Source of the DNA: Macrostomum hystrix
Taxonomy: Eukaryota > Animalia > Platyhelminthes
Assembly: GCA_950097015.1 (NCBI GenBank)
Contig: CATNEN010000024.1
Location: 744,001 to 808,000 of the forward strand
Direction: 5' to 3'
DNA: 64,000 bases
Both the position numbers and the translations under genes were made by a program. The notes beneath the pieces were generated by a model, which was not told the origin of the DNA, did no database searches, and was given only the letters and a program-made list of their open reading frames with translations. This document shows, one piece after another, positions 50,204 through 61,994 of this stretch. How positions within the stretch are numbered: the first letter of the stretch is position 1; every line of letters starts with the position of its first letter.

Positions 50204-53200
50204 TTAAGTTAGCTTCCCCAGTTCGACCTTTTTGACAATCTCGCTGGCCGTGAAGATCATGGAGTCGATGATGCCAGCCACGGTAAAGGTGCCACCGACA
50301 ATGGCGCAGACCTGACGGCGAGACATTCAAAGCAACAGAATAGATCAGTTACAGCGAACTACCTACTTTGTAAAATATATGCACTTTTCGAATCGATGTA
50401 CACGATCGAAAGTGCACATTCCCTAGACTACTAAAGGCAATTTTATAAACCCTAAATTAATCTGTACAAACCCTAAATTAATCTGTACAAACCCTAAATT
50501 AATCTGTACAAACCCTAAATTAATCTGTACAAACCCTAAATTAATCTGTACAAACCCTAAATTAAGGCAATTTTCTTCTCAATAATGATTTATAACAACT
50601 GAAACGATTGGGCCAGATGTGCAGCCGGCAGCACAGCCGCAGCTATTGAGTGGCGCATCTTAGGGCTGCGTACGACTGTTCGCCACACCCACCCTCAATT
50701 ACCCCAGCTAATGCTGGTACCCATAATCCATTTGACAGCTGGGTGAACTGAAGCAGAGTTAAGTGTCTTGCGAAACGACACAGACTTCCAGTAAAGTTGG
50801 GAATCGAACCCCTGACCTTTAAGTGGTGGGTCCGACGCTCTCATCACTAGGCTACAGCCCCTATTTTTTATCTGTACATACATACCCTAAAAAACGGCTC
50901 CAATCCGGACTCACCTGAGTTAGAAAGTGATAAAATGGCACGCTGCGCTCCTTGTACTTGACAACAATTGGCGCTAGCTCGTAGCGGAACCAGATTGCCG
51001 GCATGGCTCCACCGCCATGGAAGCTAGGCAGCACCTGACGAAGATAATCGCGAAGGTAATAATAGAAGGTTCTAGGAAATCGATTAATTAATCAAGATTC
51101 CTCTATTTTAATATTATTAGAACACTAACCCTGAACAAGGCGGTAAATTGGAATGGCAACGATCGCTGGCCCTTGTACTCCACAATTGATGGTACAATCT
51201 TCAGATAATAGTCGTGCATCTCGTAGTCTGCGCTAGTAGTAGCATTCTTGCTATTCAATGGCGCAAATGAGGTCACGCGGCCATAAGCCTGTAAGAGAGC
51301 GGGCGCCGTCTTGCTGCCAAAGCGTAATTCGTGAATAATGTGAGCAAAGTTAGGCGAATCCGGCTGAGCCTCGCTAGCGTGAGTGGACACGTGAAAATTG
51401 CCGGACACTTTATTAATGAAGAATCTGGTCTCAAAATTGCAGCCTTTGCCGTCTAATATTTCACGTTTATTGCTATTCTCAATAAAGCCAACCTCGTGAC
51501 GGCCCATGTTGTCTTGAATGTCGAGGCCAACAAAACGGCAGGGCATCTTGGTTAGGCTGATGTTCAGAAACACCGGGATGTTATCATAGGACTTCACTGG
51601 ATCATCTACATAGACTTCGCTGACCCTAAAAATATGACACTTGCAAAATAAGATCTGGTCAAAGGAGTTACACTCTTGATGTAATTGAACAACTAACTTA
51701 CAATTCCGGACTGAGATATGTGAGAAACTCTGCCAGGAACAGGTAGAGAATGAAAGCTACACTAACAATGGAGACAACAGCGCCAGCTTTAGTTGGCTGG
51801 GTCAGATCCTTTGGAACTTTGCGGTAGATGTCAAACCTGATTTTATTAGTGTAAAGTTATTTTGAACATTTAAATAGTTAATAATTAAATACTGAATCAC
51901 AATAGAAAACCAGACACTATATTGCTACAAATAACAGCCATAACAAGTAAGCAAATATAACCTTAAAAAATATATAATTAAGAGATATAGATAAAGCCTA
52001 TTTTAATCTTTGTGTCATTAGCAATATGATATTCTGGGATAAATATAAGTATTACTACAAAAATAGTAATGAAAGAATTCACTCAAGACTGGATCTTGAG
52101 ACAAAATATACTTGTATATTGGTATAAATAAAAACTTATGTTGTTTTCAGCTAAAAAAATTGTAAAGAGAGTAACCAGCAAGCAAACAAAGAGTGTGAAC
52201 AACTGCTTTAAAAGACCCACACCCCTACTCAGTAGCATATGCCCACAAAATGTATTTAGGTGCAAGCAAAAATTAAAGCAACAAAATTTGATAGCTATTA
52301 GTAGCTATTAGAAAGATATTAGCCAACTAGTATAATATATTTTGTTATTTATTTAAACAAAGTTTGTAGAAAAAATGGCAATATTTAGAAAAAATGACAA
52401 ATTAGTATATTAGTACATAGGAAACAGAGTTTTCTTTTTACCTTCTGTTCTAGCCTTGACCCAAAAAAGTGTATAAAACTTTTGTAGGTAGTATAAAATC
52501 ATGAAAGTATAAAGAGTACTTAAAAGCTACATTTACTGCCATACAAACTTTAGTTTATGGTAGTTGAAATATCAAAACTGATCTACTCAGTGACAAATAA
52601 AAACAGCAGCAATCACAATGACAACAATTAATATTATCAATACCAATTGTCTCATAACAACTTTGCTTATTCTCATGAAATATTAGTAATGTTTGTGCCA
52701 ACTTAACCCAACCTAATATTTTGATTTACAAATGGATCATTTATTATATTACTCATTTTGATTAAATATAGCTCCATTAATATTAACAAAATTGACATTT
52801 TCTTCAAGCCAACTCTATTACTACTATTGCTTGCTCTGTAACTGCAATATTGGGTATCAGAGTAAAATCAAAATCAGTTAGAATAGGCTAAGATATAATC
52901 ATATTTTGTTATTATTTAGACTGACACTCTTCAATCTATTGCATTTTTAATTTTACAATCACAATTTGGGCTATTGCTTTTTCAATCAAAAGACCAAAAA
53001 TAGGACAAATCTAATAGGTATACCGATTTTTGTCTCATTTAAAAATGAATATTTTCAATTGGTCTTAAATCTGTAATATAAAGTAGAGACAGGATTTTTT
53101 ATTTTAATAAAAAAAATAAAATGAAAGCAAAAATATTTTATTCAGAGTTATTGATTTTCTAGAGTCCAAGAAGTAAATATTTACCATAAATTTAAATAAA

Positions 53201-53624
53201 CATTTTAATCAATATTATACAGAAGAGAAGGTAATTGAATTTAAAAACAACATTTTAGGAGAACTATTTTAAAAGTAAAGTGAAAGATAAAATAGTAGCA
53301 AACAGGAAAACATTTGAAATGTATATGTCAACCATTTGAAATTTTAGCATAAGTAAATAGGTAAATGGAAAAGCACAATTTGTATAATTTGTAATTTGTA
53401 TAATTTGTATAATAAGGCTATAATTTGTATAGGCACATTGTTAATTAAATTAGGCCTAGTTTTGCATACATATACATAACTACATTGAAACATCATTCAA
53501 CTTATTTATTATGGGCCTACTTTAGTATTAGCCTTAACATGGATAAAATTCCTCAAATTTGAGATACAATTTCTTAACTATTTACAAGTTATGCTGAAAC
53601 TTACTTTCGTATGTCAAACTGCAT
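50204..53624 (-). CDS. ERGIC1: ER-Golgi intermediate compartment protein 1 (ERGIC-32), 292 aa
   Basis: Phase-consistent exons 53624-53605, 51836-51702, 51625-51130, 51034-50915, 50311-50204. MQFDIRKFDIYRKVPKDLTQPT...GLDIQDNMGRHEVG...INKVSGNFHVSTH...PAIWFRYELAPI...CAIVGGTFTVAGIIDSMIFTASE...ELGKLT. Confidence 0.95.
50448..50565. repeat. 21-bp minisatellite (AACCCTAAATTAATCTGTACA)n, ~5 copies
   Basis: Read directly; ERGIC1 last intron. Confidence 0.92.
50596..50861 (-). mobile_element. tRNA-derived SINE with CORE-like domain (copy 2) in an ERGIC1 intron
   Basis: Reverse complement starts GGGGCTGTAGCCTAGTG...GGTTCGATTCC...GCAAGACACTTAACTCTGC...CCCAGCTGTCAAATGG; homologous to 42382-42685. Confidence 0.8.
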
Positions 53625-54299
53625 GCTTCAGCCTTTAGGACTTGCCCTTTCAGTAATTAATTTTTTCGACTGTCAGCTATGTTTGTGGAAGTACTTGTCT
53701 ACTTAAAAGTCTGCTGCAAATTATAGATAATTAAAATATAGAATCAGATTACTTTTAATGAATCAGTAGTTTTAATCAAAGTCTTGAAAGAATGTGAGCT
53801 CTGTTTTTAGCTTTGTCAAATCTTTGGTGAATCTTGGGAGTTTGTTGAGTTGAATTAAATGTAAGTAAATAAAACAACAATGGAACTCGATTTGGGAAAC
53901 AGTACAAGGAGTAACTACAAACTACTGAACAGATAGACTCGGTCTCTTTACCCAAATTCTATAGGCCTGAATGAGAGAAAAAATTAAAAGGGCAAATATC
54001 GCCCGATGAGGACAAGATAGAATTTCATAATCGTACACTTTTACTGTCAATATCCTTCCGAATTAGAAAACGAGATAAAAGAAAAACAAGTCTAACCGTC
54101 TAAAAGTGCTAGTTTCAAACAACCCAAAGGTTCTCTTCCCGTTTAGTGTATCTATGCTTTTTTTTCTTACCATTAACAGTATCAATTATGCATATTTATC
54201 GGTTCAAATTTTCCGGAAGTAGTTTTAAAGCCAAATCTAAAAAAATATACATGTTAGTAATTGTTCTAAACACTTAAATGCTATTTTTACAGGAGTACG

Positions 54300-54545
54300 C
54301 ATTTGCTTGCGGGAGTTTGCTTGCGGAGCTTTGCTTGCCGAACTTTTCTTGCGGGATTTCGCCTGCCGAAGATTGCTTGCCGAACTTTGCTTGCGGGATT
54401 TCGCCTGCCGAAGATTGCTTGCCGAACTTTGCTTGCGGGATTTTGCCTGCCGAAGGTTGCTTGCCGAACTTTGCTTGCGGGATTTTGCCTGCCGAAGATT
54501 GCTTGCCGAACTTTGCTTGCCGAACTGTGCTTGCCGAACTTTGGT
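54300..54545. repeat. 42-bp (3x14) minisatellite (GCTTGCCGAACTTTGCTTGCGGGATTTCGCCTGCCGAAGATT)n
   Basis: Read directly; degenerate inverted copies at ~55130-55235. Confidence 0.92.
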
Positions 54546-55661
54546 TGCAGGAATCAAGGAGTAGAAACGTAGAAGAATGCAGAAGTTTCTAACTATTTTA
54601 CTCCTATTTCACGTCTTTAATTCTACTCCTAGTGGTCCTTGGTAGGAATCTGCTTGCTCTGCTCAAGAACGACTCGCGAGTAACATCGATTAATGTCTTC
54701 TTTATACGTAGTCCACGAGTCTGCTTGCTGGAATTTCGCTTACCGAAGTCTGCTTTTAAGAAGCTCGCTTCCAGTACCTATTCTAATCTTTTAAACAAAC
54801 CCCTTTGAGTTTCATACGAAGGAACTATTATTAAGATAGGGGATCATTAGCAGTATAAACTGTGTTAGTTCCTGATTTCGGCACGATTGAACAGATATGA
54901 TAAGGTAAGTAATAATTATAATAATAGGCAGAGCTATAAGCTAACTACGAGCTAAAATATAACAATAACTGCTGTCTAGATCGAAAACAATTATTAAGCT
55001 TGCAAACCTTCTCTCTGTTTGGATTTGGATCTGCCGATTGAGCTGCCGATTTGCACGAGTACAGTATCAGTGGAATCGACTTGCCACAGAGGAGCAAAAG
55101 TTCCGTGAAGGTGTAATAGCAAAATTCCTGCAAGCTAATTTCGGCAAGCTAATGTGAAGCAAGATATTTTTGCGAGCAGACTTTGGCAAGCTAATTTCGG
55201 CAAGGAAAGTTGGGCGAGCTAATTTCGGCAAGCTAGTTGTAATCTGCCCTGTGATTTATCTCTGCTCTGCTAATCCTGAAATTCTAACCCTGTAATTCTA
55301 TCCCTGCTCCTCAAAGTAAGTTCTCTAAAATCGAGGGGAGGGATGAGATTGAGAGGTGGTAAGCACAAGCAGCATTGAAAATGTACCAAGCTTGTTTTAG
55401 AATACACGTTTTAGGCGATAATTTGACTAAAAATAGAACCCAGCACTGCGTGTTGCAACTTGCATGCTTTGCTTATATTAAGAGCCAATTGCCCGAGGTC
55501 ATATCTAAAAATAGATCTGTGATAGCGTGTGGCGGCGCGCAGAGCTGCACTGCCACCGCTGTGGTATAAAACTGAAGTCCAGTGGCCAATGAGACAAAGA
55601 GACGTTTCGTGTGTAGCTAATCGATAAACTTTTCTGTAGTCAAACTTTCAACTAGACTTTC

Positions 55662-57020
55662 ATGGCTGTGACCATTCGATCAACCAAGCCGTTGGACCTG
55701 GTGCTCGTATTCATTAGCGCTATTCGTTCCGATGGACGCACTGGTGGTGTACTACAAGACGATAGGAGCCGCGTAGACATCAGTAAACTTCTGCACCGCT
55801 TGGCTGACAGCATGCCGCGGATTCGCATTGCACTTGCTGATTGTGCAATCAGCAGCGACAATATCAAGCTTCGATGGTTGAACCTGGGCACCAAGCTGGA
55901 CATGTTGGTAGACTTTGTCAACGACATCCCAATGCCGACTTGCCTACAATGCTGCTCAGCTGCAACCAACAAGCCCGATGCTCATGTCAAGGGCGTCCTC
56001 GACTTGCTGCGCGATGAAATTTCCTGGAGACAGGACAGCGCGCGTGCTGTGATTTTGGTTGGTGACACGGCGAATCCATACCCGGCTGCGGTTAGCCTTG
56101 CCAGTCAACCGGACGATAATCTTCAATTGTTGAAAGCGCTCGGTGTCAGAGCTTACGCTGTGCACTATGGCAGTTCATCGCTCGAATGCAGCTTCGTGCG
56201 GCAACTCGCCGAGTCAAGCGGCGGCCTCCATCTGGAGCCCACCGAGCTCAGCGAACTGCCCGACTTCCTGGCGGCGGTGGCCTATCGCGCGAGCGGCGAC
56301 AGTCGCCTTCAGTTCGCGTACGAGTGCGAGATTCGATCGCGCAGCGCCCCGCGAGACGAGGTGATCGGCATGCTGTCGCTGGTCAGGCGCGCCTCAGCTG
56401 AGACTGTTCTTATCGACGAATCGGCTGAGCTGCGGCTCGACTCAATCGATGAATGCCCAGCTTTCCTAGAGACCAATCGTGCGACCGAGCCTCTAAAGCG
56501 TGCTGTACGAAAGCAGAGAGAGTCCTGTGCTGGTCGGGGCTTACCGAAGCCACTAGCCGACCTCACTTGGTCTCCATGGCGATTGGTCGGCCAGCCCACC
56601 AGCAGACACTCGATCACACGGCCAGCCTGGCAACTGTTTCACAACGATGCGAACTGCTGGGTTCGGCGATCGCTTCTGCCAGGGTCCTCGGCAGCGACCC
56701 GTCGGCATCGATCGGCGCTGGCTGTCGAGTTGGCGGTTCAACCGCGACTTGGCGCTCATCGATGCGTGCTGTTCGGCCGGATGATTCCAGCCAGCCGACC
56801 GGCCACTCTGAACAGCCTGCTGACAGGAAGGCCCGATGTGCGAGCCCAGCTGCGCCGGGTTCTGCGCCGCGGCATGCGACTGTTCGTCCGCACAGCCGAT
56901 GTCGCCAATCCGACGGCTTCGCTCAGGCTGGAACGCCTGGTCAGCTACGCCTGGTGCAGCGGGCGTCCGGTCAGGTCGGCTGGAGTGTTCGTTTCAGTGT
57001 CCGTTCGAAGTCTGCAGTGA
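55662..57020 (+). CDS. intronless 452-aa protein: degenerate vWA domain plus possible degenerate GIY-YIG-like C-terminal domain
   Basis: Long non-repetitive ORF with vWA-type elements DLVLVF..RIRIAL..ISWRQDSARAVILVGDTANPYP..LKALGVRAYAV..FVRQLAESSGG..LAAVAY..AYECEI. Candidate 5'UTR intron from donor AAG|GTAAGT (~54904) to acceptor CTTTTCTGTAG (~55639). Confidence 0.75.
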   Translation: MAVTIRSTKPLDLVLVFISAIRSDGRTGGVLQDDRSRVDISKLLHRLADSMPRIRIALADCAISSDNIKLRWLNLGTKLDMLVDFVNDIPMPTCLQCCSAATNKPDAHVKGVLDLLRDEISWRQDSARAVILVGDTANPYPAAVSLASQPDDNLQLLKALGVRAYAVHYGSSSLECSFVRQLAESSGGLHLEPTELSELPDFLAAVAYRASGDSRLQFAYECEIRSRSAPRDEVIGMLSLVRRASAETVLIDESAELRLDSIDECPAFLETNRATEPLKRAVRKQRESCAGRGLPKPLADLTWSPWRLVGQPTSRHSITRPAWQLFHNDANCWVRRSLLPGSSAATRRHRSALAVELAVQPRLGAHRCVLFGRMIPASRPATLNSLLTGRPDVRAQLRRVLRRGMRLFVRTADVANPTASLRLERLVSYAWCSGRPVRSAGVFVSVSVRSLQ

Positions 57021-57616
57021 ATAGCTGAACTATTATTCCGCATCTATAAATGACAGAAGCAGTTTAACAGCTTTTGTAAAGTTCTTTCTTAGAATCCTGA
57101 TGAACATTTCATGGAAAATTGCTTTGCGTTTTCTGTATTTAAAATGGCTTTTCTGTATTTAAATCTGTTTTCATCGGGAAATGGACAATGTCTAGAATTG
57201 GTTCGAATCCTGACTTTGAAAAGCATTTAATTAGAAAAACGAGGTCAAATTGTATATTACGAAATGAAAACTCCGGTGGTTCTAACAACAAGTAGGGTGA
57301 CGTACGTTCTCAAAACCAAGAAAATTCTGACTTTAAACTCTCATGAAGTCAAATTTTGTTGTTTTGTAATCGCCAATCGAAAATGTCTTTTGTTTATAAA
57401 AATATCTTTGTAATAACGAATCTATGCTATCCGTCTGATCTGCAAATGTCTGCATTATACTTTAAATTTATTCACTAAATCAATAAAATGTTCTTAACTT
57501 TATTTATTTACTTGTTTTAATAAAATCAAAATCCTTTATTTTTCTACAGTTTAATTGTAGCTTGTTAATTTCGTTACTGGAGAGACTAATTGATAGCAAT
57601 ATCAAATTATCTGTTA

Positions 57617-58655
57617 ATCCCAGATCCTCACTATAAACTCTCCCAGATCCTCACTATAAACTCTCCCAGATCCTCAAAATGAACTCTCCCAGATCCTCAA
57701 AATGAACTCTCCCAGATCCTCAAAATGAACTCTCCCGGATCCTCATTATGAACTCTCCCAGATCCTCAAAATGAACTCTCCCAGATCCTCAAAATGAACT
57801 CTCCCAGATCCTCAAAATGAACTCTCCCGGATCCTCATTATGAACTCTCCCAGATCCTCACTATAAACTCTGGGAGAGTCCTCACTATCACTATAAACTC
57901 CTCAAAATAATCCTCAAAATGAAATCTCCCAGATCCTCAAAATGAACTCTCCCAGATCCTCAAAATGAACTCTCCCGGATCCTCATTATGAACTCTCCCA
58001 GATCCTCAAAATGAACTCTCCCAGATCCTCAAAATGAACTCTCCCGGATCCTCATTATGAACTCTCCCAGATCCTCAAAATGAACTCTCCCGGATCCTCA
58101 TTATGAACTCTCCCAGATCCTCAATATGAACTCTCCCAGATCCTCAAAATGAATTCTCCTAGATCCTCATTATGAACTCTCCCAGATCCTCAAAATGAAC
58201 TCTCCCAGATCCTCAAAATGAACTCTCCCGGATCCTCATTATGAACTCTCCCGGATCCTCAAAATGAACTCTCCCGGATCCTCATTATGAACTCTCCCAG
58301 ATCCTCATTATGAACTCTCCCAGATCCTCAAAATGAACTCTCCCGGATCCTCATTATGAACTCTCCCAGATCCTCAAAATGAACTCTCCCGGATCCTCAT
58401 TATGAACTCTCCCAGATCCTCAATATGAACTCTCCCAGATCCTCAAAATGAATTCTCCTAGATCCTCATTATGAACTCTCCCAGATCCTCAAAATGAACT
58501 CTCCCAGATCCTCAAAATGAACTCTCCCGGATCCTCATTATGAACTCTCCCGGATCCTCATTATGAACTCTCCCAGATCCTCATTATGAACTCTCCCAGA
58601 TCCTCAAAATGAAATCTCCCAGATCCTCAAAATGAACTCTCCCAGATCCTCATTA
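57617..58655. repeat. 23-bp minisatellite (CTCCCAGATCCTCAAAATGAACT)n between convergent genes
   Basis: Read directly. Confidence 0.96.
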
Positions 58656-60124
58656 TACTCTACAATTAATCCGTCTCTCTTCCAATTTCAATTCTAAAAA
58701 ACTAGTAAAAACAAAAAAGGAAGTAAATTTTGGCTTTAATGATTTCGATTTTGACTTTGAGCTATTTTAGTTTTCAAACGACACAGCTTATGATGCATTT
58801 GCTGGTGCATTTTATTATTGCAAATATAGTATTAGATTTTTGTGGAGGTTTTCTGTCGGTATGAATGCATTTTCGGTGCAAAATAGTTATACTATTGATT
58901 AATAGATAATAGTAAAATCCATACAAAGGTTCACATGTGGAACATGACATGGGCATGTGTTATTGTCGACTCGTAGTTAGACAAAAGCTTACGAGCATAG
59001 GTCGCATTTTTTGCAAATGTTCTGCTTTAACTGAAGTGGATATGCATATGTTTAAATCAAGACTTACAAAGCATTCATACAGAAAAATTCGCGCCAAGGT
59101 CAGCCAGGTAACTTTGTTTCCGGTTTCAGCATCAAATTATAATAGATTACTTTATATCTAATAACAACTTTGTTATACCGAGTTGGTGCCCAAAATAAAA
59201 CAATTGTTTCTTCACAAAAACAAATTGAAAAAGCTAAAAAAGAAATTAGCATTTCTGAGACAAGCTCGTTAAAATTAGAACGAAAACTTTGGTAAGAGCT
59301 CAATTTCGTAGTGAAAAAAAACTGAAAATAAAATACAAAACACGCTACTGAAGAGAAGTAAGAGTGCAAGTAGTGCAGTTTGTACAAATCTTACAAATTG
59401 TATGTAATGTACTGCATGGAGGTGGCTTAATGTGAGCTGCTGGCCATTTTGAAAGAATAATTATCTTTTTAGTGGCAAGCATTTGTGCATTTGAGTGTTT
59501 TATTATCAAGTTTAAATTAAAGTGCTGATCTACGCATGTATATAAACAGAAAAATGCTTAATGTTGTACATTCCTACACTAGACACAATTAAGAGCCGTG
59601 AGATTCATAAAAATGTAAATCTAAATGTACTTTTATCTTAATTTAGAACAGCTTTGCGTATTGCAAAGAGCTTGCAAAGGTGAAACTTCGGTTAGGGTTA
59701 GCAGTTGACGATTGTCGTTGCAAAATTATCGCTTTGCCTTTCATATTCAGATATTAAAAACTTACAATTTTGGTCAGTTGCTTCAAATATCACATTTTTG
59801 ACAGACTTAACAAGGGTGCAGTTAGATAAATCATGTTGAATGGTTTACAAATTAAGTTACGACATTAAGACGACGTTAATTTACTATCTATAAATGGACA
59901 ATTAGTCAGAAAGATTGTCCTTTTAAACAAAGAGATGCATCAAATGACTAGGCATTTTGTATTGTCAATTCTTGCTAATAGAATTTATCCACATTAGAAA
60001 TCAGTATTGGTCAGTAGGTACAAAGGGTACAAACACACACAGATTCGCTTGAACAGTTTGTAAAGCCAGACTCGAAACTCCCAAGACAGCTGACGTATTA
60101 TTGTTCCGCTTGAGTTTCATTAAT

Positions 60125-61994
60125 TCACACCTGCGACATGTGACTCGGCGGCATCGGCAGCGGCGGCAGCGGCGGCGGCGGCAGCGGCGGATGGCCGGGC
60201 GCCGGGCTAAACTTATAGTGCGGCCGAGGGTCCGCCGAGTGTGGCGCCCGGCGCTCGCAGCAGAAGAGCCGGCAGAAGAAGGCGCGCCAGGTCAGCAGGG
60301 TCTTGCCTGACCAGACCCAGACGCCGCTGGTGATGCCCACAGCCAGCTGCATGAACTGGCGCAGCATGAAGACGCCGAACTCCGGCTCCGGCGGCGGCAG
60401 GGCGTTGCGGCCGAGGCAGCGGCAGGATTTGCCTCGCAGCCAGGCGTCGCGCAGTTGAGCCTCGTAGAAGTGGCAGGCGATGACCACGCAGGCGGGCAGG
60501 GTGTACAGGATGGAGAAGATGCCGATGCGGATCATCAGCTTCTCCAGCTTGTAGGTCTTGGCGCAGGCCTGCTGCTTGATGACGGACCGGATGCGGAACA
60601 GGGCGACAAAGCCGGTGAGGAGGAAGGCGCTGCCTAGCAACAGGTAGGTTACCATGGGCGCCAAGACAAACAGCTGCAGGGCGGTGAGGCTCGTGTTGCC
60701 GATGGAGCAGATGCCGGACACTGGGTCGCCGTCAACCAGAGAGAAGGTCAGAGCCAGGATAAACTTGGCGATTGGCAGGAACCAGGCCACGCAGTGGAAC
60801 ACCTGGGATCGGATTTATTAGTAATCCAATTTTTTATGAATCAGGTCTTTCATTTTCGAATACTCGGGTTTTAGGTGAATCAGGTTCCGAGTAATTCGGG
60901 TTTTCGACGGATCAGGGTTAAAAAAAATTAATAATTGCAGGAGGGTGGCGCGCAATGGCACATCATTTAGCGACACTAGACCCGCAGCCAGCGAGGATTC
61001 TGCCCATTTCGCTGACTCCTGAGCACACACGCACACAGATACTGTACGCGGGCATACGCTCACACAGGTGTGTACATCTGCCCTGACTTTCTCATCGTCA
61101 GGCGGTGTACACTCCCACTGTGCCTTGGAGGTTGGCCCTCAAGGGCGTAAATTGCATGACATGCCCCCAAAGCATTCTGTCTGCGGGTGCGCCGTAAATA
61201 AATGTGGCCTCGCCGCGGAATCGAACTTAGGGACCGAATTGGTGCGAGATGCGAACGCGTTAACCGATCTGCTACCGATCACCGACGGATCTGGGATTTT
61301 CGAAGCTGAAAACAGCAACTAATTCAGAGTCATCGAGAAGGTATATTTATAATTCTAACCTCGCTGTACTTGGCGATGGCTTCGCTGCCCCATTTGAGAC
61401 CGGCAGCCAGGAACCAGGCCACGCAGAGGGCCACCCACCAGACGCAGCTGGCCATGCCAAACAGGTAGGTCAGCAGGAACACCACGGTGCACAGCCAGGG
61501 TCCCGTGGAGCCGTACCGCAGTAGGCGACCGTCGCAGGCGATGGCTTCCCGGCCGACGGCCAGACGGAGAATGTAGCCAGCTGACACCATCATGTAGCAG
61601 GCTGACATCATCACAATGGGACGCTCCGGATAGCTGAACCGGCGAGTGTCCAGAAGGAAGGTGAGCACAGTCAAGGTTGAGCTGATGGCGCACAGGATCG
61701 ACCAGATGCCGGTCCACACTGTGGCGAGCTGGGCGCGGTCGGCAAAGAACGCGCCGTCGCAGGGCAGGGCGCAGTTGAGCACTCCGCCAGTGTGCACCCG
61801 GTTGTAGTGGCCCTGATCAGCCTCTGTCAGCGTCAGCAGCGGCTGACGGCACTTGCAGTCGCATTCAACTCCGTCGGCTCCGGCCGGAGGCGCCGGATCA
61901 GCGGGTGGCAGCGTTGGATCCGAGGCCAGCGGCTCCGGGGTCTTGCTCTGCGTGCTGTTCACGTCCATGCAGAGAATGTCCGGGTCGCCGAACA
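60125..61994 (-). CDS. FZD5/8: Frizzled-5/8 receptor, 3' part (end of CRD linker, 7TM, C-tail); CRD exons presumably beyond the window end
   Basis: Exons 61994-61360 and 60802-60125. FGDPDILCMDVNST, CDCKCR, RFSYPERPI, WWVALCVAWFLAAGLKWGSEAI, LEKLMIRIGIFS, KTLLTW (KTxxxW) and C-terminal SQV PDZ motif typical of Fz5/8. Confidence 0.93.
60930..61290 (-). mobile_element. putative second tRNA-derived SINE family in a frizzled intron
   Basis: Reverse complement GGTAGCAGATCGGTTAACGCG...AGTTCGATTCC (A/B-box-like) plus a ~280-bp GC-rich body unlike the 42382 family; only one copy in the window. Confidence 0.4.

Noticed and set aside
50448-50565. Interstitial telomeric repeat
   Set aside because: Only one CCCTAA per 21-bp unit, not tandem (TTAGGG)n.
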